A DNA stretch of 64,000 nt from Candidatus Woesearchaeota archaeon. GTDB taxonomy: Archaea > Nanobdellota > Nanobdellia > SCGC-AAA011-G17 > GW2011-AR17. The first letter of the stretch is position 1; each line of letters starts with the position of its first letter. Positions 47,026-57,075 of this stretch are shown here, piece by piece. Both the position numbers and the translations under genes were made by a program. The notes below the pieces were generated by a model that saw only the letters and a program-made list of their open reading frames with translations, had not been told where the DNA came from and made no database searches. Location: positions 106,839-170,838 of the forward strand of contig CAYPLB010000001.1 in NCBI GenBank assembly GCA_964411565.1, written 5' to 3'.

Positions 47026-47979
47026 ATGCAAGAAATAAAGAGGTATTTAAGGTTAGCTTTCTCAGATGAAAGATATGAAGTAGGCTTGTTAAAAAGAGAA
47101 GTAAATGTTTTGAAAAAACTACAAGCATCAGTAGAGTCTGGTGGAGTAAGAGATGTTAAAGGATCTATTTTACAATTACAATCCTTTTTTATTGCATTAT
47201 CAAGGACTAATGAAAAATTTTTGAATCATTTATTAGTATTAGAAGAATCGTTTCCAAAAGATGAAAGAATTTCTCAAGTAGAGAATGAAGTTAAAGCTAA
47301 GTTTTTAAGAATTTCTGAGTTGTTGAGTCCTAGTTCTGAGATTATGAGTTTTGTTGTTGATGGAAGAAGAGACGATGTAAGTTCTTTAGTTCCTTTATTA
47401 AGAGAATTAAGGAATTCTATATTAGATCTTTTAGCTACTATGAAAGAAGCTGATGAAGATTTTAAGGATATCAGGAAAAATTATAGGAAGTTGTACAAAA
47501 AAATTATTACTTCTCCTCAAGAAAAAATTGTTGATCTTTTAGCTGGAAAAGGAAAATATAAAGATGTTGATTTGTTGAAGAGAAATGAAATATGGAAGAG
47601 ATGGAAAGGTATGACTAGAGTTAGAGTTTTGAAAGGTAAAAAGAAAAAACCTTTGAAATTATCTGGTTTAGAACTTGCAGGATTTGATTTTAGAGAATTT
47701 AAGTTTGAAAATGTAGATTTTTCAAAATCTACTTTTACTAAACATGGAGTTATATTTGGAAGACTTGGTTGCGGAACTTCTGTAGGAGTCCCTTTGAATG
47801 CTGAATTTATTTTAAGAGTTAATATGAGTAATGCAACTTTTTGTGCTAAACGTGATGGACAAAAATTAGGAGCTTCTGCTAAAGGCCTGAAAGGATTAAA
47901 CTTTGATCAAGTAAATTTTGAAGGAATGGATAATAGAAGTCTAAGATTAATAAGATCAGGAAGAACAAGTATTGATTAA
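47026..47979 (+). CDS. Hypothetical helical protein with C-terminal pentapeptide-like repeats
   Basis: Coiled-coil-like N-terminus; LSGLELAGFDFREFKFENVDFSKSTF. Confidence 0.55.
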   Translation: MQEIKRYLRLAFSDERYEVGLLKREVNVLKKLQASVESGGVRDVKGSILQLQSFFIALSRTNEKFLNHLLVLEESFPKDERISQVENEVKAKFLRISELLSPSSEIMSFVVDGRRDDVSSLVPLLRELRNSILDLLATMKEADEDFKDIRKNYRKLYKKIITSPQEKIVDLLAGKGKYKDVDLLKRNEIWKRWKGMTRVRVLKGKKKKPLKLSGLELAGFDFREFKFENVDFSKSTFTKHGVIFGRLGCGTSVGVPLNAEFILRVNMSNATFCAKRDGQKLGASAKGLKGLNFDQVNFEGMDNRSLRLIRSGRTSID

Positions 47980-48053
47980 TTATCTTTTTTAATTATTTTT
48001 TATTGTAATTTTCTTTAATAAAGTTTTTAAAGAGTTTATATTATTTGTTTGCT

Positions 48054-48767
48054 ATGAAATTTGTTTTAGCTTTACCAACATACAATGAAAAAGAAAATTT
48101 GAAGATTTTACTTCCTAAGCTTTTTGAAATTATAAAGAATATTGAAAATTGGGAAGGAGAGATTGTTGTTGTTGATGATAGTAGTCCAGATGGTACTTCT
48201 GAGTTTGTTGAAGATATGATGAAGAAATATTCTAATTTACATTTAGTAAAAAGGAAAGCTAAGTCTGGTTTAGGTAGCGCATATATTGCAGGGTTTAAGT
48301 ATGGGATTAATGTTTTAGGAGCAGATAATGTTTTTAGTATGGATTCAGATCAAAGTCATGATCCAAATTTAATTCCTAAATTTTTAGAGTATGCTAGTAC
48401 TAATGATATTGTTATTGGAAGTAGATATATCAAAGGTGGAGATTTTAAGAATTGGCCTTGGATTAGAAAAGCAATTAGTAGAGGTGCTAATATTTATGGA
48501 CAATTGATTTTAGGTTTGAAAGTAAATGATATCTCTTCAGGATATAGATGTTATAATACTTTGTTGTGGAAGAAAATAGGGTTTGATAACGTGAAAACAA
48601 ATGGTTATTGTACTCTTGAAGAAATTCTATATTTGGCTAAGAAAAAAAATGCTAGAGTTAGAGAAATACCTTTAGTTTTTGTGGATAGGACTATTGGAGA
48701 AACAAAGCTAACATATAAAGAAATGATTAAGTTTTTTACTACAATTATTAAGTTGAGATTCTCTTAG
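48054..48767 (+). CDS. Polyprenol monophosphomannose synthase (DPM1-like GT2)
   Basis: LPTYNEKEN, VDDSSPDGT, GLGSAYIAGF, MDSDQSHDP, IGSRYIKGG, FVDRTIGETK. Confidence 0.9.
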   Translation: MKFVLALPTYNEKENLKILLPKLFEIIKNIENWEGEIVVVDDSSPDGTSEFVEDMMKKYSNLHLVKRKAKSGLGSAYIAGFKYGINVLGADNVFSMDSDQSHDPNLIPKFLEYASTNDIVIGSRYIKGGDFKNWPWIRKAISRGANIYGQLILGLKVNDISSGYRCYNTLLWKKIGFDNVKTNGYCTLEEILYLAKKKNARVREIPLVFVDRTIGETKLTYKEMIKFFTTIIKLRFS

Positions 48768-50085
48768 AAATACATAGTTCTTCATAACATTTTTCTAGAA
48801 TAAATTCTTCTGGAACTGGATCATCTTTGTGAGAGATCCATAAATTTGCATGTTTTACTCTATCATCTTGTGCAATTAATAAGTTTCCTTGTATCTCTAA
48901 AATTTTGTCATAATAATATGTAGGAGATGCTTGTAATGATAAAGTTGAAAAATACTCCGAATCTTCTGTAAAAGCGTAATATTCTTCTGGTAAGAAATAA
49001 GATCCTTCCCAAAGATATACCGCAACTGTTGGATGTAAGATTGCTCCGTCTATATTGTAGTCATTTTGTATTTGTTCTAAATCTGATGGATAAGATGCTT
49101 CAACTGGTGAGTAAAATGGAACTATAAAGATTAAAGTTAAGATTATAGAAATAATTATGTGTAAGTAAACCATTTTTTTGGTTAATACTTTTGAAAGTAA
49201 ATAGAAAATAATTGCAGATGGAATTAAAATGTATTTTATGTATGATCCAGTTACTAAGAAAAATGCAGTAACTGTAATTATGAAAAAAAGTTCATTTTTG
49301 TATTTTTTGAAGTTTGTTTTGTAAAGCATGAAAAGTAAAGGAGAAATTAAGAATATGAAATAAACCGTTTCAAAAATTAATAAACCTGCAATCATTCCTG
49401 CATCTCCAGTTGCACCTAAACCTAAAGCATTTTTTAAGTTTGCTCCAAAAAATCTAATCTCTGAATAAAAAGGTAGACCTGTTAGTTTATAGTCGAGAAT
49501 AATTCTTGGTAAGTAAAATAATCCAACTAGTATTGAAAATGGAATTAGTTTTTTTATTGTCAGTTTTCTCATGAAAGCAATTAAGAACATTAAAGTTACA
49601 AAGAACATTGGAGTATAAATTGCCATGGAAAGGCCTAAAGAAATTGCTGTGATCCAAAGATGTTTGTTTTTGTTATTATTTTGCCATTTTTTTATTTGAA
49701 AATAAGATAATGTTGTTAAGAAAGCTGCAGGCATGACTGGTGTTAGTTCAGGAGCAGCTATCCAAACCATTGGTGAAAATAAAAAAAGTAAATATGCTTT
49801 CTTGTTTGTATATTTTCTGATTAAAATTGCAATCGGAATTAGCCATAGTACATTTAGAATTTGAATTGTTTTTATTGAAGGAATAAATTCTACAAAGAAT
49901 GCTAAAATGTATGTGTATAACATTGAGTGAGTACTATGTGCTTTGATTATTTGAAAACCAGCAAAATCTTTTATTAAATTAAAATATTCTATAGAATCAT
50001 GAAAAATTATTTGTTTTGATGTGTATACTAAGATTAATAAGAGTATTGTGAAAATTCCTAAAAGTAGCCAGTCTTTTTTGTTCAT
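48748..50085 (-). CDS. GT-C-like multi-pass membrane protein
   Basis: FHDSIEY loop; many TM helices; extracellular C-terminal domain ending in a CxxxxC pair. Confidence 0.6.
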   Translation of the reverse strand: MNKKDWLLLGIFTILLLILVYTSKQIIFHDSIEYFNLIKDFAGFQIIKAHSTHSMLYTYILAFFVEFIPSIKTIQILNVLWLIPIAILIRKYTNKKAYLLFLFSPMVWIAAPELTPVMPAAFLTTLSYFQIKKWQNNNKNKHLWITAISLGLSMAIYTPMFFVTLMFLIAFMRKLTIKKLIPFSILVGLFYLPRIILDYKLTGLPFYSEIRFFGANLKNALGLGATGDAGMIAGLLIFETVYFIFLISPLLFMLYKTNFKKYKNELFFIITVTAFFLVTGSYIKYILIPSAIIFYLLSKVLTKKMVYLHIIISIILTLIFIVPFYSPVEASYPSDLEQIQNDYNIDGAILHPTVAVYLWEGSYFLPEEYYAFTEDSEYFSTLSLQASPTYYYDKILEIQGNLLIAQDDRVKHANLWISHKDDPVPEEFILEKCYEELCISKRIST

Positions 50086-50188
50086 TAGATGTTTTTTCTT
50101 TAAACCCTTTTTATAGTTTATTATGTTAAAATTAATAATTGTTTTTTCTTTCGGAAAATTTATAAAGAGGGGTTTTATTTTTTATTTT

Positions 50189-50527
50189 ATGGTATGGGAA
50201 GAAATTTTAAATCAATATGGAAAAAGAGATAAAAGAAATATAGGAGTTGCTTATAATTTTGATGGATTTAAAATACTAGGTATTTATCATCAACCTTTAA
50301 AAGAAGATCCTTCAGCTAGTTTAGAGCTTTTAAGTCTTTTAGAAGAAGATCAGAGTAGAGGAACTCTAGCTTCATATAATCTTGATGGAAGTGGAGAATC
50401 TGTTAGATTAGAAAATTTTAGAGGAATTGAAAGTCAACTTAGAGAACTTAGAAGGCATCCTGATTATGGTAGATTATTTGGATCTGTAGTTGATGAAATT
50501 TTTGAAGAGTTAAATATTAAACAATAA
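50189..50527 (+). CDS. Hypothetical protein
   Basis: ATG 50189 lies about 24 nt after TTTATAAA (50159-50166). Confidence 0.55.
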   Translation: MVWEEILNQYGKRDKRNIGVAYNFDGFKILGIYHQPLKEDPSASLELLSLLEEDQSRGTLASYNLDGSGESVRLENFRGIESQLRELRRHPDYGRLFGSVVDEIFEELNIKQ

Positions 50528-50593
50528 TAACGGTTTCTCCTTCAGAAAACTTATAAATGGAAATTTTGTTAGGTTGAGAATTGGAGGGTTAAA

Positions 50594-51640
50594 ATGAAAA
50601 AAGCTTTAATTACAGGAATTACAGGACAAGATGGTTCTTATTTGGCAGAATTTTTATTAGAAAAAGGGTATGAGGTTCATGGTATTGTTAGGAGAGCTGC
50701 TTTGGAAGATTCTAAAGCTAGAATGAGTCGAATACATCACCTAAAAGGAAGGATAGTTTTGCATCCAGGAGATATTGCAAGTTATGCTTCTGTGTTAGAT
50801 ATTATTGATAAAATAAAACCTGATGAATGCTATCATTTAGCAGCGCAAAGTTTTGTGCATGAATCTTTTCATGATCCATTTTCAACATTTAAAACTAATG
50901 TAGATGGTACAATGCATATTTTACATGCAATAAAAGAAAGAGCTCAAAATTGTAGATTATATTTTGCAGCAACTTCTGAAATGTTTGGAGATGTTGTTGA
51001 AGTTCCTCAAAAAGAAACAACTAGGTTTCACCCAAGGTCACCATATGGTGTAAGTAAAGTTACTGGTTTTGATATAATTAGAAATTATAGAGAAAGTTAT
51101 GATTTATTTGGATGCTCTGGAATTTTGTTTAATCATGAGTCTCCAAGAAGAGGATTTGAGTTTGTAACAAGAAAAATTACACAGAATGTTGCAAAAATGA
51201 AAACTGGAAAAGAAAATGTTTTAGTCCTAGGAAATTTAGAAGCTAGAAGAGATTGGGGCTATGCTGGAGATTATGTTAAAGCAATGTGGTTAATGTTGCA
51301 ACAAGAAAAACCAGAGGATTATGTTGTAGGAACAGGAGTGAATCATTCTGTAAAAGACTTTGTTGATGCAGCATTTTTAGCAGCTGGATTAAGTTATGAA
51401 TTAGTTGATTTGCATATGATGAGTCCAGAAATGGCAGATATGAAAATTGAAGAACTAAGAAAGGATAAAAGTAGGTTATTTGTTGTACAACATCCAAAAT
51501 TCTTTAGACCTGCAGAAGTACATAACTTATTAGGAGATCCGACAAAGGCTAAAATGAACCTAGGTTGGCAACCAGAAGTTTCTTTTCAAGAGTTAGTTAA
51601 GATGATGGTTGAAGAAGATATCAGACAAATGAGTGGTTAA
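50594..51640 (+). CDS. gmd: GDP-mannose 4,6-dehydratase
   Basis: ALITGITGQDGSYLAEFLL, LAAQSFV, FHPRSPYGVSK, GILFNHESPRRG, RDWGYA, RPAEV. Confidence 0.97.
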   Translation: MKKALITGITGQDGSYLAEFLLEKGYEVHGIVRRAALEDSKARMSRIHHLKGRIVLHPGDIASYASVLDIIDKIKPDECYHLAAQSFVHESFHDPFSTFKTNVDGTMHILHAIKERAQNCRLYFAATSEMFGDVVEVPQKETTRFHPRSPYGVSKVTGFDIIRNYRESYDLFGCSGILFNHESPRRGFEFVTRKITQNVAKMKTGKENVLVLGNLEARRDWGYAGDYVKAMWLMLQQEKPEDYVVGTGVNHSVKDFVDAAFLAAGLSYELVDLHMMSPEMADMKIEELRKDKSRLFVVQHPKFFRPAEVHNLLGDPTKAKMNLGWQPEVSFQELVKMMVEEDIRQMSG

Positions 51641-51641
51641 A

Positions 51642-51950
51642 ATGAGGAAATTACTCTCTTCTTATGGTTTAACTAATAAAAGGGAAGGTGTCGATGAAAT
51701 TTACAGAGGGGAGTATGTTAATGGGTATGATTTTGAGTTTGGTGAAAAAGAAAGATTAGGTTTGGTAGTAAAGAGATTTGTAGGTTATGGTACTTATGGT
51801 GCTGTAGGTTATATTTGTAATGATTTGGATGATCTAAGAACTATTGTTGAAAAAGAAGAAAAACTGGATTATCAATATTTTGAGTTTAGAATTTATAGAG
51901 TAGGTGAGAATATTGACTTTTGGTATTCTGCATCTTCAGAAAGTTTATAA
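51642..51950 (+). CDS. Hypothetical protein
   Basis: ORF coupled to the gmd stop (TAAAATG). Confidence 0.5.
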   Translation: MRKLLSSYGLTNKREGVDEIYRGEYVNGYDFEFGEKERLGLVVKRFVGYGTYGAVGYICNDLDDLRTIVEKEEKLDYQYFEFRIYRVGENIDFWYSASSESL

Positions 51951-51973
51951 ATTTCTTTATTTTTTTAATATTT

Positions 51974-52462
51974 ATGGCAACTTGTGAAATGTGTGGATAT
52001 ATGGGTGAGTTGAAAAGAGCAATAGTAGAAGGAAGTATGATAGGTGTCTGTCAGAAATGTTTAAAGTATGGAGATGCCATCGAAATTAAAAGTCCACCAA
52101 AAGAAGTTGTTGAAAAAAGATTAGCTTTCAAGGCTAGAAGAAGTTTTGCTGATAGACATAGGATTGAAGATGAAAATATAGTTTCTGGTTATGGTAATAA
52201 AATTAGAAAAGCAAGAGAAAAAATGGGTAAGACACAAGAAGATATTGCAAAAGCTATAGCAGAAAAAGTTTCAGTTGTACAAAAAGTAGAATCTGGTGGT
52301 TTAGAGCCTCCTTTGAAATTAGCTAGGAAGTTTGAACAATTTTTTAAGATTAATTTAGTAAAGAAAAGTGAAAAGATTGGTGAAGAGACAATAAAAGAGT
52401 TTAATATTAAAAGTACTGACTTAACAATAGGTGATATGATTAAGTTCAAAAAGAAAAGTTAA
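51974..52462 (+). CDS. mbf1: Archaeal multiprotein bridging factor aMBF1 (Zn ribbon plus HTH)
   Basis: CEMCG...VEG....VCQKC..YG; KIRKAREKMGKTQEDIAK; LTIGD. Confidence 0.92.
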   Translation: MATCEMCGYMGELKRAIVEGSMIGVCQKCLKYGDAIEIKSPPKEVVEKRLAFKARRSFADRHRIEDENIVSGYGNKIRKAREKMGKTQEDIAKAIAEKVSVVQKVESGGLEPPLKLARKFEQFFKINLVKKSEKIGEETIKEFNIKSTDLTIGDMIKFKKKS

Positions 52463-52489
52463 ATAAATGAATGTTCTTATTTAATATGT

Positions 52490-53107
52490 ATGAATAAAAA
52501 AGAGTTGGAAATTATTTTGTCTAAATTGAAAGGATTTCATAAACCAAAAGTTAAGTTAGAGCAATATTTAACTGATTCTACAATTGCAGCAGATGCTGTT
52601 TGGAATGCTTATCATAATAAACATTTAACTAAAAAAACAATAGCTGATTTGGGTTGTGGGCCAGGAATCTTTGGCTTTGGAGCTTTAGCATTAGGTGCAA
52701 AGAAAGTATATTTTGTTGATATGGATAAAGAAGCTTTGATAGTGGCTAAAGAAAATAAAAAAATTATGGAAAAATTATTAGGAAAAAAATTAAATTGTGA
52801 TTTTAGAAATGTTAATGTTAAAGATTTTTCTGAGAAAGTTAATATTGTAATACAAAATCCTCCCTTTGGGGTAAAACAAACACATCATGATAAATTGTTT
52901 TTAGTTAAAGCAATGGAATTATGTGGAATTATTTATTCTTTCCATAAGTTATCTACAAAAGATTTTGTGAATAAATTTGTTAGAGATAATGGATTTAGAA
53001 TTAAACATTTCTATACATATAAATTTCCTATCAAACAGACTTATTGGTTTCATATTTCTAGAGTTAAAGACATAGATGTTGGTTGTTGGTGTATAACTAA
53101 AAGATAA
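52490..53107 (+). CDS. METTL5-like N6-adenine RNA methyltransferase
   Basis: PKVKLEQY.T, ADLGCGPG, IQNPPFG, IYSFH. Confidence 0.9.
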   Translation: MNKKELEIILSKLKGFHKPKVKLEQYLTDSTIAADAVWNAYHNKHLTKKTIADLGCGPGIFGFGALALGAKKVYFVDMDKEALIVAKENKKIMEKLLGKKLNCDFRNVNVKDFSEKVNIVIQNPPFGVKQTHHDKLFLVKAMELCGIIYSFHKLSTKDFVNKFVRDNGFRIKHFYTYKFPIKQTYWFHISRVKDIDVGCWCITKR

Positions 53108-53142
53108 AAACTTTAATAAAAGCCAGAGACTAAAGAAATATT

Positions 53143-56100
53143 ATGCCTTTTAATGTAATTGTAGGAAGAAATGAATCTGATAAAAAGAAGTTTGGTGATA
53201 AAGGGTCTATTCTATTAGGTAGAACTTATGTAAAAATGGGTCAAACTGTTTCTTTGTCTAATTATATTTATATGGATGTTATTAGGTCTCATATTGTTTT
53301 TGTCGTCGGTAAGAGAGGAGGGGGAAAGTGTCTTACAGGAGATTCTCTAGTATGTCTTGATGATGGTTCTTGTTTACCTATTAAAGAATTAGAAGATAAT
53401 AATCAAAAAATATTAAGTTTGAACAAAGGTTTGAAAATTAATCCTAGAGAAAAAGATGATTTTTTTAAGAGAAAAGTTGATAAAATTGTAAATTTAAAAC
53501 TTCGTAGTGGAAGGAATATTAAACTTACACCAGAACATCCATTATTAACAATCAAAGGTTGGAAAGCTGTAAAAGATTTAAATTTTGGAAGTAGAATTGC
53601 TGTACCTAGAAAGATTGAAGTTTTTGGTAATGAGGAAATGTCTGATTTTAAGATTAAATTATTGGCTTATTTGATTGCTGAAGGTCATACAAGGAATAGT
53701 TGGGTTTTGTTTAGTAATAAGGATAAAATTATTTTTGAGGATTTTGAAGATTCTGTTAAAAAGTTTGATGATAATTTACAAGTTTTAGAACATAGTAAAC
53801 CTGGTTGTTATAGAGTAAGTAATAAAAATAATAGATATGGTGGGAAAAAGAATTCAATAAAGGAATGGTTAATTGGTTATGAGCTTTATGGTAAATATGC
53901 TACTGAAAAATGGATACCTCAAGATATTTTTAGATTACCTAGAAAATCATTAGCTTTGTTTCTAAATAGATTATTTAGTTGTGATGGGAGTGTTTATTAT
54001 AGTAATTCAACAAAATCATGGGAAATATGTTATTCATCATCTTCCGAGAGATTAATTAGAGATGTTCAACATTTGTTGTTGAGATTTGGAGTTTTGTCTA
54101 AATTAAGAGAAAAAAATATAAAATATAATGGAGAATATGTCAAATCTTATGAGTTGGTTGTAAATAGGGAAAATTGTATAAAATATATTGAAGAAATTGG
54201 TTTTTTAGGAAATAAAAAAGAAATTTCTAAGAAATGTTATAATGAAATTATTAATGTTGTAAAAAATCCTAATGTTGATACAATCCCTAAGGAGATATGG
54301 GATATTTATAGACCTGAAAATTGGGCAGCTCTTGGGAGGGCAGTTGGATATAAACATCCTAAAGCTATGAGAGAAAGAATTAGATATTCTCCTTCAAGGC
54401 AAACAATGTTACAAATAGGTTTAGTAGAAGAGAATCTTAGTTTGATGGCTATTGCTAGATCAGATATATTTTGGGATGAAATAGTTTCAATGGAAGTTTT
54501 GGATGGAGAATTTGAAGTATTTGATATTTCTATTCCTAAAAGTCATAACTTTGTTGCAAATGATGTTATTGTTCATAATTCTTACAGTGCGTCTGTAATT
54601 GCAGAAGGAATGGTAGATTTGCCTGATGAAGTTTCAAAAAATCTTTCAGTAATTATGATTGATACTATGGGAGTTTTTTGGTCAATGAAATATCCTAATG
54701 AAAAGGATTTAGATTTATTGGAACAATGGGATTTAAAACCTAAAGGTTTGAAAAAAATTACTGTATTTGTACCAATTGGAAAGTTTGAAGATGCAAAAAA
54801 AAATGGAGTTCCTGTTGATGAACCATTTTCTCTGAAAGCAAGTGAATTAACTGGAGAAGATTGGAGGTTAGCTTTTGAATTGGATTATTCACATCCTGTG
54901 GCAATTTTAATGGAAAAAATTTTAGGGGATATGTTGGAAGAAAAAATTTATGAATATGATATTGATGATATTATTGAAAGGATTGAAAAAGAAAGTACTT
55001 TTCCACAATTAGTTCGAAATGAAGGAATTAATAGAATGAAAGCTTCAAAGAGATGGGGTTTGTTTTCTAAGGAAGGTACTAAAATTAATACTTTGATTAG
55101 AGGTGGACAAGTTAGTGTTTTAGATACCTCAGCTTATCTTACTGGAGAAGGAGGACAAGCTGTTAGATCATTAGTAGTAGGTTTAGTTGCAAGAAGAGTT
55201 TTTGTTGAAAGGATGATCTCTAGACAGTTAGAAGAAGTTGAAGCAATTAAAACAGGTTATTCTTATTTTAAAATGGAAGAAGAAGCTGATAATAAAGAAA
55301 AGAAACCTTTAGTTTGGTTTATTATCGATGAATGTGTGCCTAAGGGAACAAAAGTTCATACTCATAATGGACATACTTCTATTGAAGAAGTAATTGAAAG
55401 ATTTAATTCTGGAAAAGAAGTTAAAGTTATGTCTTATGATGCATTAAGGAATGAATATGGTTTTAGAAAAGTAACAAAAGTTTATGAAAATGGTGTGAAG
55501 GACTTGATAGAGTTAAGAACAGAAACTGGAAAAATTTTGAAATGTACTCCTGATCATAAATTATTAGGAGTTTTAGGTTTTAGAAAAGCAAATGAAGTTA
55601 CAGAGATTGGGGCACCTTTAAATTATCATCATGACAAAAGAGAAAAGTTAATTATTGCAAGATTATTTGGAAATATTGTTGGGGATGGTTATTTGTCATC
55701 TAATGGGACAATTGTAGGATTTTCTGGGAAAGGTTGTAAAGAAGATTTGTTGAGAATTAAAGATGATTTGGGAGATTTGAATTTTAGTTCTGGGGAAATT
55801 TATAGTAGAAAAACAGAGTCTCAAATTGTATCGGAAGATGGAAAAATTGTAAAAGTAAAAGGTATTAGTCAGGAACTAAGATCTAGTACAAAATGTTTTA
55901 ATTATTTTAGTAAATTAGAGGCACCAATTGGAGAAAAAATTCTAAGTGATTTTAGAATACCTAAATGGTTGAAAGAAGCAAGTTTTGAAGAAAAGACTGA
56001 GTTTTTGGCAGGATTAATGGGGGCTGATGGAAATTTACCTAGTGTAAATAAAAATTGCGGAAGTGATCCAAATCCAATAAGATTGTCTTTTAATTTTTTG

Positions 56101-57075
56101 AAAGAAAATAAAGAAAAAGCATTAGCTTATGCAGAAGATTTGAAAAAATTGTTTGAAGATGTTGAAGTTCAAATAAGTTCTATATTAATTAGAAAAGGTA
56201 ATATAAGAAAAGATGGAAAACTAACTTCAAAATGTGTTTTAACATTAGCAAAAAATCATGATAATATTATTTGGTTTTTGGATAAGGTTGGATATAGGTA
56301 TTGTGAAAATAAAGAAAAAGCTGGAAGAAGATGGTTACTTTATTTGAAATCAAAGAAATTTGAAGGTTATATGCAAAATTTATTGAAGAAAAAAGCAATA
56401 CAAATACATGCTGAAAAAGGTTTAGGTAAAATAAAAATAGCTAAAATTTTGGGAGTTAAACCTTATCAAGTTAGGGATTGGATATATTTTTCACATTTTG
56501 GGACAAGAGCTCCAAATTCTTTTCCTAATTTTAATGAATGGATTAAAGAAAGAGAAATAGATAATGTAGTATTTGAGAATGTTATACTAAAAAAGTTTTC
56601 TCCAGCACAAGAAGTTTTTGATTTGACTGTAGAAGGGACTCATAACTTTGTAGCAAATGATTTTATTATACATAATTGTCATAATTTTTTACCATTTGAA
56701 GGAAAGACAGCTGCAACTGATGCTTTAGTTACAATTTTGAGAGAAGGTAGACAACCTGGTTTGTCTTTGTTATTAATTACACAACAACCAGGAAAAGTTC
56801 ATACTGATGTATTAACACAATCTGATATTGTTCTTTCTCATAGATTAACTGCAAAGAGAGATGTTAGTGCTTTGAACTCTATGATGCAGACTTATTTAGG
56901 AGAAACTTTAACTGGATATTTGAATATGTTGCCATCTGAGAAAGGTGCAGCAATTATTTTAGATGATAATTCTGAAAGGTTATATCCTATGAAAGTTAGG
57001 CCTAAATTTTCTTGGCATGGTGGAGAAGCACCAACAGCATTAAAGTATAAGAGATCAATGAACTTGGGGATTTAA
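53143..57075 (+). CDS. HerA/FtsK-like (DUF87-type) P-loop ATPase precursor containing two inteins (~445-aa extein)
   Basis: Walker A GKRGGGK/S, IDTMG, Walker B FIIDE/CH, REGRQPG...TQQP. Confidence 0.9.
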   Translation: MPFNVIVGRNESDKKKFGDKGSILLGRTYVKMGQTVSLSNYIYMDVIRSHIVFVVGKRGGGKCLTGDSLVCLDDGSCLPIKELEDNNQKILSLNKGLKINPREKDDFFKRKVDKIVNLKLRSGRNIKLTPEHPLLTIKGWKAVKDLNFGSRIAVPRKIEVFGNEEMSDFKIKLLAYLIAEGHTRNSWVLFSNKDKIIFEDFEDSVKKFDDNLQVLEHSKPGCYRVSNKNNRYGGKKNSIKEWLIGYELYGKYATEKWIPQDIFRLPRKSLALFLNRLFSCDGSVYYSNSTKSWEICYSSSSERLIRDVQHLLLRFGVLSKLREKNIKYNGEYVKSYELVVNRENCIKYIEEIGFLGNKKEISKKCYNEIINVVKNPNVDTIPKEIWDIYRPENWAALGRAVGYKHPKAMRERIRYSPSRQTMLQIGLVEENLSLMAIARSDIFWDEIVSMEVLDGEFEVFDISIPKSHNFVANDVIVHNSYSASVIAEGMVDLPDEVSKNLSVIMIDTMGVFWSMKYPNEKDLDLLEQWDLKPKGLKKITVFVPIGKFEDAKKNGVPVDEPFSLKASELTGEDWRLAFELDYSHPVAILMEKILGDMLEEKIYEYDIDDIIERIEKESTFPQLVRNEGINRMKASKRWGLFSKEGTKINTLIRGGQVSVLDTSAYLTGEGGQAVRSLVVGLVARRVFVERMISRQLEEVEAIKTGYSYFKMEEEADNKEKKPLVWFIIDECVPKGTKVHTHNGHTSIEEVIERFNSGKEVKVMSYDALRNEYGFRKVTKVYENGVKDLIELRTETGKILKCTPDHKLLGVLGFRKANEVTEIGAPLNYHHDKREKLIIARLFGNIVGDGYLSSNGTIVGFSGKGCKEDLLRIKDDLGDLNFSSGEIYSRKTESQIVSEDGKIVKVKGISQELRSSTKCFNYFSKLEAPIGEKILSDFRIPKWLKEASFEEKTEFLAGLMGADGNLPSVNKNCGSDPNPIRLSFNFLKENKEKALAYAEDLKKLFEDVEVQISSILIRKGNIRKDGKLTSKCVLTLAKNHDNIIWFLDKVGYRYCENKEKAGRRWLLYLKSKKFEGYMQNLLKKKAIQIHAEKGLGKIKIAKILGVKPYQVRDWIYFSHFGTRAPNSFPNFNEWIKEREIDNVVFENVILKKFSPAQEVFDLTVEGTHNFVANDFIIHNCHNFLPFEGKTAATDALVTILREGRQPGLSLLLITQQPGKVHTDVLTQSDIVLSHRLTAKRDVSALNSMMQTYLGETLTGYLNMLPSEKGAAIILDDNSERLYPMKVRPKFSWHGGEAPTALKYKRSMNLGI
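53329..54579 (+). mobile_element. Intein 1 with LAGLIDADG homing endonuclease (417 aa), inserted in Walker A
   Basis: Starts CLTGDS; block B TPEHP; LLAYLIAEG and FLNRLFSCDG; ends HNFVANDVIVHN followed by Ser. Confidence 0.95.
55333..56676 (+). mobile_element. Intein 2 with LAGLIDADG homing endonuclease (448 aa), inserted in Walker B
   Basis: Starts CVPKGT; TPDHK; LFGNIVGDG and FLAGLMGADG; ends HNFVANDFIIHN followed by Cys. Confidence 0.95.
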
